Made by a program: the position numbers and the translations under genes. The notes beneath the pieces were generated by a model, which was given only the letters and a program-made list of their open reading frames with translations, was not told the origin of the DNA and did no database searches. Shown here piece after piece: positions 55,415 to 64,000 of a DNA stretch of 64,000 nt (its first letter is position 1; every line of letters begins with the position of its first letter). The stretch is from the NCBI GenBank assembly GCA_965248925.1, contig CBDFLE010000005.1, positions 2,208,001 through 2,272,000 of the forward strand, given 5' to 3'. The stretch comes from Candidatus Multivoradales bacterium. GTDB lineage: Bacteria; Acidobacteriota; Thermoanaerobaculia; Multivoradales; J023.

Positions 55415-58400
55415 CCTATTCCCTCCCAAGGGGCGGTGAATTCGTCCTCCACGATCGGCCCCTCGGTCCCCGCTTCGGCACTGATCGACAACCTCGACAA
55501 GGGCTGATCCAGATGCTGCGGCAGCTGCTCCAAAAGGCTGACCAGTCGTTCCAGCATCAGCGCGACAGTGGCCCGGTCAAAGAGATCCGTGCAGTACTCG
55601 ATGGCCAGAGCCACTCCCCCTGCGGTCGGTTCGACGAAGACCGTCAGATCGAATTTCGAGACCGGGAACTCCGGCTCGATGCTGGTCAGCTCCACCTTGG
55701 CCAGGGTGACGACCTCCTGCGGTGTGTTCTGTTGCACCAGCATGATCTGGAACAGAGGCGGCAGCGCCGGATCGCGCTCCACCCCGAGTTCGTCGACCAG
55801 GGTTTCGAAGGGCAGATCTTGATGGGCGTAGGCGCCCAAGCACACCTGACGAACCCGGTCGAGGAACTCAGCGACCGTCGGATCACCCTCGAGATCGACC
55901 CGCAGCACCAAGCTGTTGATGAAGAAACCGACCAACTCCTCAAGTTCGCGGCGAGTGCGGTTGGCGACCGCCGTGCCGAGCACGATGTCGCGCTGCCCCG
56001 AGTAGCGCTCGAACAGCACCGCCAGGGCCGCCAGCACCGCCATGAACAGGGTCAGACCCTGGTGCCGGCAGAGCCGCTGCAACGCCATCGCCACCGCCAC
56101 CGGCAGGCGCAGCTCGACGCGGCCTCCCCGCAGTGTCTGCTCGGCCGGTCGCGGCCGGTCGAGGGGCAGCGAGTGAACCGACGGAAGGCCGTCGAGCTGG
56201 GCTTGCCAATAGTCCAGCTGGCGCTGCATCTCGGCTCCTGCCAACCAACTTCTCTGCCAACCGGCGAAGTCGGCATATTGGATCGGCAACGGCGCCAGCG
56301 GCGACCTCTCACCAGCTGCAAAAGCGTCATAGAGGGCCGTCAGCTCGCGCACGAAGACCCCGGTCGACCAACCATCAGAGACAATGTGGTGCAGGTTCAC
56401 TACCAACAGATGATGGTCGGCTGTCAGGCGCACCAGAATAGCCCGCAGCAGGGGGCCTTGGCTGAGGTCGAAGGGTCGCCCCACCTCGGCCGCCGCCAGG
56501 ACCATCGCCGCTCGCCAGGCGGCCGACGGTGCCAGCCCACTCAAGTCCGCCCGCCGGATGGAGCTGGCTGCCGCGGCGGCGATGATCTGCCGCGGCTGCT
56601 GGTCGATTAGCTCGAAAGTGGTGCGCAGCACCTCGTGGCGATCCACGATCTCGGCCAGCACTCGATCCAGCACCCCGGCATCCAGCGCCCCGCGCAGCTC
56701 TAACACCGCCGGGATGTTGTAGGCCGCGCTGTCGGGCCGCAGGCGCGACACCAACCAGAGCCGTTGCTGGGCGTATGACAGCTGTGGCGCGGCAGCTTGA
56801 GAGCGCGGCCGCAAGGGCTGCCGATCCGCCTCGGAGAGCTTCGTCAACCCGGCCAGTCGCGTCGCCAGATCGTCCACTTCAGGGTGGTCGAAGAGCAGCG
56901 ATAGGGGTGCGTCGACGGCGAGCGCCCGGCGCAGCCTGGAGAGCAACTGAGTGGCCAGCAGCGAGTGACCGCCAAGGTCGAAGAAGTTGTCGTCACCGCC
57001 AACCTCTGGAGTCCCCAGAAGCTCGGCGTAGAGACCGGCGACAATCTCAGCGATCGGCGTCTTGGGCCTCCCCGACTGGCACCGACTCGCCGGCCGCTGG
57101 GGCTCCGGCAGGGCACCACGGTCGAGTTTGCCACTCGGCCGACGGGGCAGCTCATCGAGCAGCGTAAAGGAAGCCGGCACCAAATAACTTGGCAGCCGGC
57201 GACCGAGGATCGCCGGCAGCTCGGGGATCAACTCGCGGGTTAAGCGACCCAAGAGAGGATTGTTGGTCAGCTCGCGGCGGCTAGGGCGCAAACCCTCAGC
57301 CGCGCTGGTAGCCGGTCGCGTGGCAGCCGGTCGCGTGGCAGCCGGCGCCGCCAGCCGGGTGATCCGCAAGTCGAATCGATCGAGTCCCAGGGCCGAGGGC
57401 GACAAGCTCACTCGCTGGCCGGATCGCTGAGCGAGCCCCCAGAGATCTTCCGGCTCGATGCCAGGCCCCGACTCAGCAACCAGCCGCCGCAGATCAGCGG
57501 CCGTTTCCTCGACCGCTGCGGCCCGCATCCGCTCAGCATTGGCGACCGCCCCGACCAGCCGGGCGTTGGCAACGCCCAACCGCTCGAGGCCGGCAAAGTC
57601 GGCGGCGTCGATCAGCTCAGCGAACTCCTCGACCCACCCCGGCTCACCGTCCCAGCGCCGGCAGTCGGCGACCGCCGGGCGGCGACGGTGATCGAGATAC
57701 AAGACGACGTCATAGCGAAAGCGGTTGAGTTCGTTGTGCAGCCGGCCACGCTTGAGCTGCGCCTCGACCTCGGCAATCCGCGGTAGCAGGCCGGACAAGT
57801 GATCGAAAAACGCTGGCGCCACCACCAACTCCTCGTCCTGCGCGACGCTCTTAGCCACCTCCTCGGAGAGTTCCGCAGCAGCCACTCCGTCAGCCGCCTG
57901 GAAGAGCTTGACCGAAGCGTGGAAGGCGCTCAGCAAGCGAAGATCGCGGACATCGCCGACGAATATCGAGCCACCTGGGGCCAGCACCCTGACCGTTTCG
58001 CTCAGAACTTGGCTGAGGTAGTCGGAGCTGGGGAAATACTGCACCACCGAGTTGAGCACCACGGTGTCGAATTCGCCGCTGGCAAAGGCCCCCAGGTCAG
58101 CCGCCGAGCCTTGCCGGGCGGTCACTGAGTCCAGCCCCAAGCGGTCGGCGTGGTGGGTGACGTAATCGATCACCGCGGCCGAGAAATCGATCCCGACATA
58201 GACTTCGCATTCGGCCGCCAGGCGAAACAGCAGCAGGCCAGTGCCACAGCCGATTTCCAGTACCCGACGTGGACCGAGGTCGCGGATCCGCTCGACCGTT
58301 CCATTGATCCACTCGTCCATCTCCGGCCGGGGGATCTCTTGACCGCTGTAGCTGCTCTGCCAGCCGGTTGTGTTGTGCAGCGGATCGAGCTCGGCATGGT

Positions 58401-61194
58401 GGCCATACATGTCCTCGAAGACCGCCTGCCACTGCTCTATCTGGCGCGCGGCGGTATCGCCGCCAAGCTCCGTCACCGGCCCGCTGTAGAGCGGATCGGC
58501 GGTGACATAAGCCGCCAGCTGTTGGTCGTCGCCAGCTCCCCGCAGCACCACCACCGCCTCACGCACCACCGGATGCCCGAGCAGCACCGCCTCAATCTCG
58601 CCGGGTTCGATGCGAAAACCACGCAACTTAACCTGCTGATCGATCCGGCCGAGGAACTCCACCAGGCCGTCGGCGCGCCACCGCGCCCGATCACCGGTGC
58701 GGTAGAGGCGCTCGCCAGCGGTGTCGCTGAACGGGTCGGGAACAAACTTGGTGGCGGTTTCTGCCGCTTTTTCTAAATAGCCCCGGGCCAGGCCTTCACC
58801 GCCGATCCAAAGCTCGCCGTCCAAACCCGTGGGGGTGGGAATCAACTGGCCGTCGAGGACCAAGACCCGCAGGTTGTCGATTGGCCGGCCGAGGGGTTGG
58901 ATCGCAAGCTCGATCGCTGCAGAACACCGCCAATGGGTGGCATCGATAGCGGTTTCGGTGGGACCGTAGAGGTTATGGAGCTGCGCCGCCAACAGACCTT
59001 GAAACTGCCGTTGCACCGTACCGGGTAGCGCCTCCCCGCCGCAGAACACATGGCGCAAGGTGCCACACTCGGCAACAGCGGGTTCGAGCAGCAGAGTCTT
59101 CAGCATCGACGGTACGAGCTGCAATATGGTGATCCGCCGTTGCCGCAGGGTCTCGACCAGATAGCCACTGTCCGCCGCTCTGCCGGCCTCGGCCAGCACC
59201 ACGCAGGCACCACTCACCAACGGCGAGAAGATTTCCCAGATCGCCGCGTCGAAACTGATTGAGGTCTTCTGCAGCAGCCGGTCGCCGGGGCCGATCGCGC
59301 AGGCTTGTTGGGTCCACAGGACTCGGTTGGCGATCGCTGAATGAGCGACCATGACCCCCTTGGGCCGACCGCTCGAACCCGAAGTGTGGATGATGTAGGC
59401 CAGGCTCTCGGCGCTGCTCGAGGCGCGTCGCGGCAGCGCCTCGGCAGCCACCGGTTCGCGGTCCACGCAGACCACTTCGACCTCGAGGTCGGCGAACCGC
59501 TCAGCGAAGTCCGTGTGGGTCACCAGCAGGGCCACCCCCGCATCGCTCAAGATCCAGCGTAAGCGCTCCAGCGGATAGTCCGGATCGAGGGGCACGAATG
59601 CCGCACCCAGCCGCAGCACCGCCAGTAGGCTCGGCACCAGGTCTGCACCGCGCTGCAAGGCAACCGCGATACGCGCGTCGGTCGCGATCTGGATCCGCGA
59701 GGCCAGCCGCCGGGCCAAGGCTTCGGCCCGCTGATTGAGCGCCTGGTAGGAAAGCTCAAGTTCACCAACTATCAGTGCCGGAGCTCGGGGAGTGCGGTCG
59801 ACCTGCTCGGCAAAAAGCTGATCGAGACACCGCCCCCGGCTTGACCGCCGAGTGGTGAGGTTGTACTCCAGCAGCAATCTGTGCCGTTCTGCCGCGCCCA
59901 ACAGCGGCAACTCGGCCAGCGGCCTGTCGCCGGCCACCGCCGCTTCGCTCAGCAACTCCACCCACTGATCGACCAGGCAGGCCGCCGCCGGTCGGCCGAC
60001 CGCCGCCGCATCGAAATGCAGCTGCACTTCGACGCCCTCAGCGCTGCTGACCAAGACCACCTCGAGGGTGAAGCTATCGACCGGCGCCCGCCGAATCTCG
60101 ATCTCGGCCTCGAGTTTCTGACCCGATCCAGCGACGGCGCCATGGGTCGGCAGCGACCGATGGCTGAAAGCGAGGGTCAGAGCCGAAGATTCAGCGGCGG
60201 TACCGTCTTGCTGATCCGACCGCGGGAAGTAGTACTCCTGCCACTCGCGATGCTCCGCCAACCGCTGGGCCAGCGCCGCGACCTCCGCCCCGACAGGACC
60301 GGGCGCAGGCGAGTAACTTAGCGGTAGGTAGCGCTCGAACAAACCCAGGCTGACATCGAGCCCGTCGTAGCTGCGACCCTCCGCGGCCACCGCGATCGAC
60401 AGGCTGCTCACTGCCCCGTGGCGGCTCAGGAGACTACCCCAGCAGGCCAGTGCCAGAGCCTCATCCTGGCCCTCCACGGCCAACTCCGCCAACCGCTGAG
60501 CCACCTCGGCGTCGAGCTTCCGAACCTCCACCGAGGCTGCCCCCGGCACCTCATCATCCCTATCTGAAACACTGGCAACCGTGATTGGCAAGCTGAGGTC
60601 AGAAGTCGCGGGCAAATTGGCCTGCGACCAGTACTGGCGCCCTTCCTCGGTCTCCTCTGACTCGAGAATCTGATTGAAGACTTCGGCGATATCGGCGTAC
60701 TGCAGCGGCTCGTCGTCAACCGGCCGGTCGCCGTAGAGGGCCATCAACTCGTCTACCAGATTGTCGAGCCCGATGCTGTCGGCTGCCATCGCCGGCAGGG
60801 CCAGGGTGAGGCGACGCTCAGCTTCGCCGAGGGGCGACAGCCCAGCCAGCAGCACCACCGACGGGGCGGCGGCGCGGTAGCTTTCGAGCGTTGCCCGCAG
60901 AGCATCCTCAGCCGCCAGGCCGGCTTGCAGGTCGATCACTACGGGCTCGCCGGCCGAGCTGATGGTCTGCACCGCCACCTTCATTCCCGCCAGCCGGCGA
61001 TAGCGAGTCCGCAGAATCTCGTGACGCTCGAGCAAGCGAACCAGCGCCCACCGCAGCCGAACTCCATCGAACTCGCCGCGGAGACGCACTACGCAGCAGC
61101 TGACTCGTGGCAAGCCGTCTCCGCGCTGTTGCAGGTGCCACATTCGCAGCTGTTGTGGTGACAGCCGGAAACCTTCAAGGTGCTGCTCGTTCAT
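55411..61194 (-). CDS. NRPS (1927 aa): interface(I)-A(Gln)[backbone-type N-methyltransferase]-T-C
   Basis: The N-terminus EGFRLSPQQ leads into a C-like domain with LPAMAADS in place of HHxxxDG. Code DAWQFGLIDK. The MT is inserted between A8 and A9 and has VLEIGCGTG and LNSVVQYFP. T GGHSL; terminal C HHIVSDGWS. ATGA overlap with the dioxygenase stop. Confidence 0.95.
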   Translation of the reverse strand: MNEQHLEGFRLSPQQLRMWHLQQRGDGLPRVSCCVVRLRGEFDGVRLRWALVRLLERHEILRTRYRRLAGMKVAVQTISSAGEPVVIDLQAGLAAEDALRATLESYRAAAPSVVLLAGLSPLGEAERRLTLALPAMAADSIGLDNLVDELMALYGDRPVDDEPLQYADIAEVFNQILESEETEEGRQYWSQANLPATSDLSLPITVASVSDRDDEVPGAASVEVRKLDAEVAQRLAELAVEGQDEALALACWGSLLSRHGAVSSLSIAVAAEGRSYDGLDVSLGLFERYLPLSYSPAPGPVGAEVAALAQRLAEHREWQEYYFPRSDQQDGTAAESSALTLAFSHRSLPTHGAVAGSGQKLEAEIEIRRAPVDSFTLEVVLVSSAEGVEVQLHFDAAAVGRPAAACLVDQWVELLSEAAVAGDRPLAELPLLGAAERHRLLLEYNLTTRRSSRGRCLDQLFAEQVDRTPRAPALIVGELELSYQALNQRAEALARRLASRIQIATDARIAVALQRGADLVPSLLAVLRLGAAFVPLDPDYPLERLRWILSDAGVALLVTHTDFAERFADLEVEVVCVDREPVAAEALPRRASSSAESLAYIIHTSGSSGRPKGVMVAHSAIANRVLWTQQACAIGPGDRLLQKTSISFDAAIWEIFSPLVSGACVVLAEAGRAADSGYLVETLRQRRITILQLVPSMLKTLLLEPAVAECGTLRHVFCGGEALPGTVQRQFQGLLAAQLHNLYGPTETAIDATHWRCSAAIELAIQPLGRPIDNLRVLVLDGQLIPTPTGLDGELWIGGEGLARGYLEKAAETATKFVPDPFSDTAGERLYRTGDRARWRADGLVEFLGRIDQQVKLRGFRIEPGEIEAVLLGHPVVREAVVVLRGAGDDQQLAAYVTADPLYSGPVTELGGDTAARQIEQWQAVFEDMYGHHAELDPLHNTTGWQSSYSGQEIPRPEMDEWINGTVERIRDLGPRRVLEIGCGTGLLLFRLAAECEVYVGIDFSAAVIDYVTHHADRLGLDSVTARQGSAADLGAFASGEFDTVVLNSVVQYFPSSDYLSQVLSETVRVLAPGGSIFVGDVRDLRLLSAFHASVKLFQAADGVAAAELSEEVAKSVAQDEELVVAPAFFDHLSGLLPRIAEVEAQLKRGRLHNELNRFRYDVVLYLDHRRRPAVADCRRWDGEPGWVEEFAELIDAADFAGLERLGVANARLVGAVANAERMRAAAVEETAADLRRLVAESGPGIEPEDLWGLAQRSGQRVSLSPSALGLDRFDLRITRLAAPAATRPAATRPATSAAEGLRPSRRELTNNPLLGRLTRELIPELPAILGRRLPSYLVPASFTLLDELPRRPSGKLDRGALPEPQRPASRCQSGRPKTPIAEIVAGLYAELLGTPEVGGDDNFFDLGGHSLLATQLLSRLRRALAVDAPLSLLFDHPEVDDLATRLAGLTKLSEADRQPLRPRSQAAAPQLSYAQQRLWLVSRLRPDSAAYNIPAVLELRGALDAGVLDRVLAEIVDRHEVLRTTFELIDQQPRQIIAAAAASSIRRADLSGLAPSAAWRAAMVLAAAEVGRPFDLSQGPLLRAILVRLTADHHLLVVNLHHIVSDGWSTGVFVRELTALYDAFAAGERSPLAPLPIQYADFAGWQRSWLAGAEMQRQLDYWQAQLDGLPSVHSLPLDRPRPAEQTLRGGRVELRLPVAVAMALQRLCRHQGLTLFMAVLAALAVLFERYSGQRDIVLGTAVANRTRRELEELVGFFINSLVLRVDLEGDPTVAEFLDRVRQVCLGAYAHQDLPFETLVDELGVERDPALPPLFQIMLVQQNTPQEVVTLAKVELTSIEPEFPVSKFDLTVFVEPTAGGVALAIEYCTDLFDRATVALMLERLVSLLEQLPQHLDQPLSRLSISAEAGTEGPIVEDEFTAPWEGIG
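57310..57345 (+). repeat. 15-bp tandem repeat (agccggtcgcgtggc x2 + partial), in-frame PAATR duplication in the MT-to-A linker
   Basis: Directly visible in the sequence; the translation reads APAATRPAATRPATS. Confidence 0.85.
57350..58450 (-). other. Backbone-type N-methyltransferase interrupting a Gln A domain
   Basis: GWQSSYSG...EMDEW...VLEIGCGTGLLL...LNSVVQYFP...FVGDVR...NELNRFRYDV. Confidence 0.88.
59900..61194 (-). other. Interface-type pseudo-condensation domain
   Basis: EGFRLSPQQ start, LPAMAADS in place of HHxxxDG, directly coupled (ATGA) to the TauD hydroxylase gene. Confidence 0.75.
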
Positions 61195-62282
61195 GGCCGG
61201 CCGCTGACCTCCTCGCCAATCTCGATCTGGCTATCGATGTCCTGCCACGAACGCGGCTCGGCCATGCCGACGGCAATCTTCCGCGGCCCCGCGAAGGGCT
61301 GCCGGCCGTGCGCCACCAACATGTTGTCGAGCAGCAGAATGTCTCCCTTCTGCCAAGGAAAGGCGACGGTCTCGGCGTGGTATGCCTGGCGCAGCTCCTC
61401 GAGAGTCTCGGCGGCGATCGGCCCACCGTCTCCGAAGTAGCTGTTGCTCGGCAGGTCGGCCTCCGAGAACTCCTCCAACAAAGCGTCGCGGGCGATCGTT
61501 TCAAGGGTCGAGACGTTGAAGATCGTGGCGTGATTGAACCAAGTCAGCTCGTCGGTGACCGGATGCCGGGCGATCGCCGAGCGAACTGCTTCAGTGCGCA
61601 AACGCCCTTCCGCTTTCCACTCGACCGCGATCCCATGACCGGCGCAGTAGTCCTCGACCACAGTTCGGTCTTCGGTCTGGAAAACGGTCTGCCACGGCAG
61701 CCCGAAGCCATCTCCGAAATTGCGGCGATACATCCATTGGCGTTCTGAGAAACGTTTTTTAGTGGCCTCGGACAGCCGCTGATAAACCCGTCGGCAGTCG
61801 GCGATCGGCGTCTCACCACCGGTTGCCGGTGGGATCACACAGAAAAAGAAAATTCTCAGCGGAAAGCTACTCTGATAGGAGTTTTCGTTGTGCAAGAAGA
61901 TCGTCTGATCGGCCGGAAAGTCGGTCGAAGAGTAGATCTTGCCAGTGATCTGGGAACGCGGCGAGGAGCGCTCCTTGTACTCCAAAGCGCTACCGGACAC
62001 CGCTTCGATAAAATTTTCGAACTGCTCCTCGGTGTCGACATCAAAACCACGGAAAAGGATACCTCCGTGATGACAGAGCTTCTCCTGCAGCAGCGGGCGT
62101 TGGCGGCGCGCCCACTCGATCAACGCCACGCTGCCCGGCTCCGCCGGCTCGATCAGCAATGGCAGGAGTCCTTCTGCGAACAATGGCCGCATGGTCACCA
62201 GCTCGCCCGAGGTCACGCTCATGACCCGGCGGCGGGAGCCGCTGATTCCCGCCTGTAGGTGTTTGGGCAATGGTTTCTTCAT
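61191..62282 (-). CDS. TauD/TfdA-family Fe(II)/2-oxoglutarate dioxygenase, SyrP-like aminoacyl-PCP beta-hydroxylase
   Basis: 363 aa with GGILFRGF, SSPRS, FLHNENSY (H-x-E), GGETPIAD, WFNHA and LLLDNMLVAHGR (distal His). This motif set is typical of SyrP/AspH-like NRPS-associated hydroxylases. GAGGA RBS upstream. Confidence 0.93.
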   Translation of the reverse strand: MKKPLPKHLQAGISGSRRRVMSVTSGELVTMRPLFAEGLLPLLIEPAEPGSVALIEWARRQRPLLQEKLCHHGGILFRGFDVDTEEQFENFIEAVSGSALEYKERSSPRSQITGKIYSSTDFPADQTIFLHNENSYQSSFPLRIFFFCVIPPATGGETPIADCRRVYQRLSEATKKRFSERQWMYRRNFGDGFGLPWQTVFQTEDRTVVEDYCAGHGIAVEWKAEGRLRTEAVRSAIARHPVTDELTWFNHATIFNVSTLETIARDALLEEFSEADLPSNSYFGDGGPIAAETLEELRQAYHAETVAFPWQKGDILLLDNMLVAHGRQPFAGPRKIAVGMAEPRSWQDIDSQIEIGEEVSGRP

Positions 62283-62307
62283 CTTCTTCCTCGACTGACC
62301 GCCGACA

Positions 62308-64000
62308 TCACGGGCTGACCGCCCGGCGGCGGGTGTTACGGAATTTCGCCAGATTGGCTTGCTTCAATTTCTTGCCGACACCCTGTTGGCGTTGGCGGCG
62401 CCCGGCCAGCACTTGTTGCCAGATCTCACCGATGGGGAGTTCGGGCTGGGCGACTCCGAGCCGCAAAATCTCTTGGTGATCATTGATCCAACGATCGACC
62501 CGAGCCGGCTCGAAGAGGTCGCGGCGGTACTCCCAGGTGCCGAAGAAACCGCCCTCCAATTGACGCAGATTAGCCACCAGATCGAAGCGCGCGGCGCGGC
62601 GCTCGACATGCACGGAAGACATCTTCAACCCTGGAAGATCCAAGTCCTGAAGCGGCGCGTTCTGCAGATTGAACGCCACCTGCACCAGCGGTGTGGCGCC
62701 GCTACGCCGCTCCGGCTGGATCTCTTCCACCAAACGATCGAAAGGCAACGCCTGGTGGGCGAAGGCGTTCAAACAAACACCACGCACCCGCTCAAGCAGC
62801 TGCACGAAGCTGGGCTCGCCCGATAGGTCGACTCGCAGCACAAGCGAGTTCACCAGACAACCGATCAGATTCTCGGTCTCGAGCCGCTCACGACTGCCGA
62901 TATCCGTTCCCACCACCAGATCCTCGGCGCCGGTCTCGGCATGCAACAGAGAGAGGAAAGCGGTCAGCAAGGACATGTAGGGGGTCACTCCCGCCGCTCG
63001 ACTGAAACTATCGAGGCGCTCGGCCCAGCCGGCTTCGAGGCGCTGATAGCGGGTGCCACCGGCGAAGCGCCCGCCGCGGCGCTGGTGATCGGCGGGTAGT
63101 TGCAAGAGCGCTGGCACGCCACTCAGCTGCCGGCGCCAGAAGATCAGCTCGTTTTCTACCCACTGCTGATCGAGCCAGTCCCGCTGCCAGCCGGCATAGT
63201 CGACATATTGAATCGGCAACGCCGGCAGCTCGGCCAACCGGCCCCGCTGCTGGGCTTCGTAGAGCTGAACCACCTCGCGCACCAGGACGGTGAACGACCA
63301 GGCGTCGGCGATGATGTGGTGAATGCAGAACAGCGCCAGATGCTGGTCAGCGGCAACCCGCAGCAGCAAGACCCGCACCAGGGGACCGCTGGCCAGAGCG
63401 AAGGGGCGATGAGCAAAATCGCCCAGCAGGCGGTGCGCGACCGGGTCGTGCTGTTGCGCGGGCAAACGGGTCAGATCAACCACTGGCGTCCGCAGCCGCC
63501 AGGGCTCGATGATCACCGCCTGCGGCTCTCCCTGTCGCGATTCGAATCGGGTGCGGAGGACTTCGTGGCGGCGCACGACGGTCTCGAAAGCCGCGGTCAG
63601 CACTGCGGCAGCGAGTTCACCCTCGAATCGGAAGGCCGAGAACATGTTGTATCCCGGATTCGCCGGCTCCAGTTGGGCCATGAACCACAGGCGCTGCTGA
63701 GCGTAGGACAGTGGATGCTGCTGATCGCGCTGGCGGCGCTCAATGGGCTGCGCGACCGGGCTGCCGACCGCCGCCGGATCCAAACGTCCGATCAGCTCGG
63801 CCTGGGCGCGCAATATCGGCGCTGAGAAGAGATGGTGCAGTTGCAGCCGGACGCCAAAAGCGCTCTGGACCCTGGCCAGCAAGCGAGTGGCCAACAGGGA
63901 ATGCCCTCCCAGGGCAAAGAAGTCATCCTCTCGCCGCACTCCGGGAAGCTCGAGAGTCTCGCTCCAAATGCTCGCCAGCAGCTCTTCCGCCGTGCCCCGT
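62308..64000 (-). CDS. C-terminal part of an upstream NRPS (T-C), 5'-truncated by the window
   Basis: The frame stays open past the track's GTG start to the window edge (RGTAEELLASIWSETLELPGVRREDDFFALGGHSLL). C motif HHIIADAWS; basic tail KKLKQANLAKFRNTRRRAV. Confidence 0.93.
   Translation of the reverse strand, partial: RGTAEELLASIWSETLELPGVRREDDFFALGGHSLLATRLLARVQSAFGVRLQLHHLFSAPILRAQAELIGRLDPAAVGSPVAQPIERRQRDQQHPLSYAQQRLWFMAQLEPANPGYNMFSAFRFEGELAAAVLTAAFETVVRRHEVLRTRFESRQGEPQAVIIEPWRLRTPVVDLTRLPAQQHDPVAHRLLGDFAHRPFALASGPLVRVLLLRVAADQHLALFCIHHIIADAWSFTVLVREVVQLYEAQQRGRLAELPALPIQYVDYAGWQRDWLDQQWVENELIFWRRQLSGVPALLQLPADHQRRGGRFAGGTRYQRLEAGWAERLDSFSRAAGVTPYMSLLTAFLSLLHAETGAEDLVVGTDIGSRERLETENLIGCLVNSLVLRVDLSGEPSFVQLLERVRGVCLNAFAHQALPFDRLVEEIQPERRSGATPLVQVAFNLQNAPLQDLDLPGLKMSSVHVERRAARFDLVANLRQLEGGFFGTWEYRRDLFEPARVDRWINDHQEILRLGVAQPELPIGEIWQQVLAGRRQRQQGVGKKLKQANLAKFRNTRRRAVSP

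Noticed and set aside
61191-62282. Annotation as taurine dioxygenase or as proof of a siderophore cluster
   Set aside because: The HNE motif and NRPS coupling indicate a SyrP-like tailoring enzyme. No hydroxamate, catechol or TonB genes are visible, so a siderophore role is unsupported.
7-63825. Hundreds of plus-strand and alternative-frame ORFs (up to ~550 aa)
   Set aside because: They are antisense or off-frame shadows of GC-rich NRPS genes. They repeat the same pseudo-motifs in step with the modules and show no recognisable protein family.
63937-63939. Track's GTG start for a 543-aa stand-alone T-C protein
   Set aside because: The frame stays open to the window edge and the first T helix lies upstream, so this is the end of a longer NRPS.
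1-64000. Recurrent ~25-30 bp sequences such as gtcgagcccgaggtgtagatcacgtaggc, considered as CRISPR or dispersed repeats
   Set aside because: They encode conserved A3 and other core motifs at module (kb-scale) spacing and have no repeat-spacer array structure.

Overview
The whole 64 kb is the interior of one very large, GC-rich, minus-strand nonribosomal peptide synthetase (NRPS) operon that runs off both edges of the window. In transcription order (right to left): (1) the end of an NRPS (T-C, >64000..62308); (2) a SyrP-like TauD/TfdA Fe(II)/2-oxoglutarate dioxygenase; (3) interface(I)-A[Gln]-N-MT-T-C; (4) A[DARHLALMTK]-T-C; (5) I-A[Glu]-FkbM MT-T / C-A[Gln]-PRMT-like MT-T / C-A[Dab-like]-T / C-A[Thr-family variant]-T-E; (6) C-A[Glx-like]-T / C-A[Thr]-T-E / C-A[Ser]-T / C-A[Gln]-T / C-A[Gly/Ala-like]-T; (7) a >6178-aa NRPS absent from the ORF track (TTG at 18534, open to position 1): C-A[Thr]-T / C(modAA)-A*[degenerate]-T / C-A[Ile]-T / C-A[Asp]-T / C-A[Ser-like variant]-T / C-A[Val/Ile, truncated]. 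In total I count 17 A domains, 2 E domains, 3 different embedded methyltransferase classes and 2 interface-type pseudo-C domains. There is no TE, starter domain, regulator or transporter in the window. The most unusual elements are a dehydrating-type C domain followed by an apparently dead A domain, an AmbE-like I-A(Glu)-OMT-T unit, a PRMT-like methyltransferase in a Gln module, and Arg-rich tails shared between terminal C domains and the dioxygenase. Specificity codes were read by eye and domain boundaries are approximate. No RNA genes, CRISPR arrays or mobile elements were recognised.
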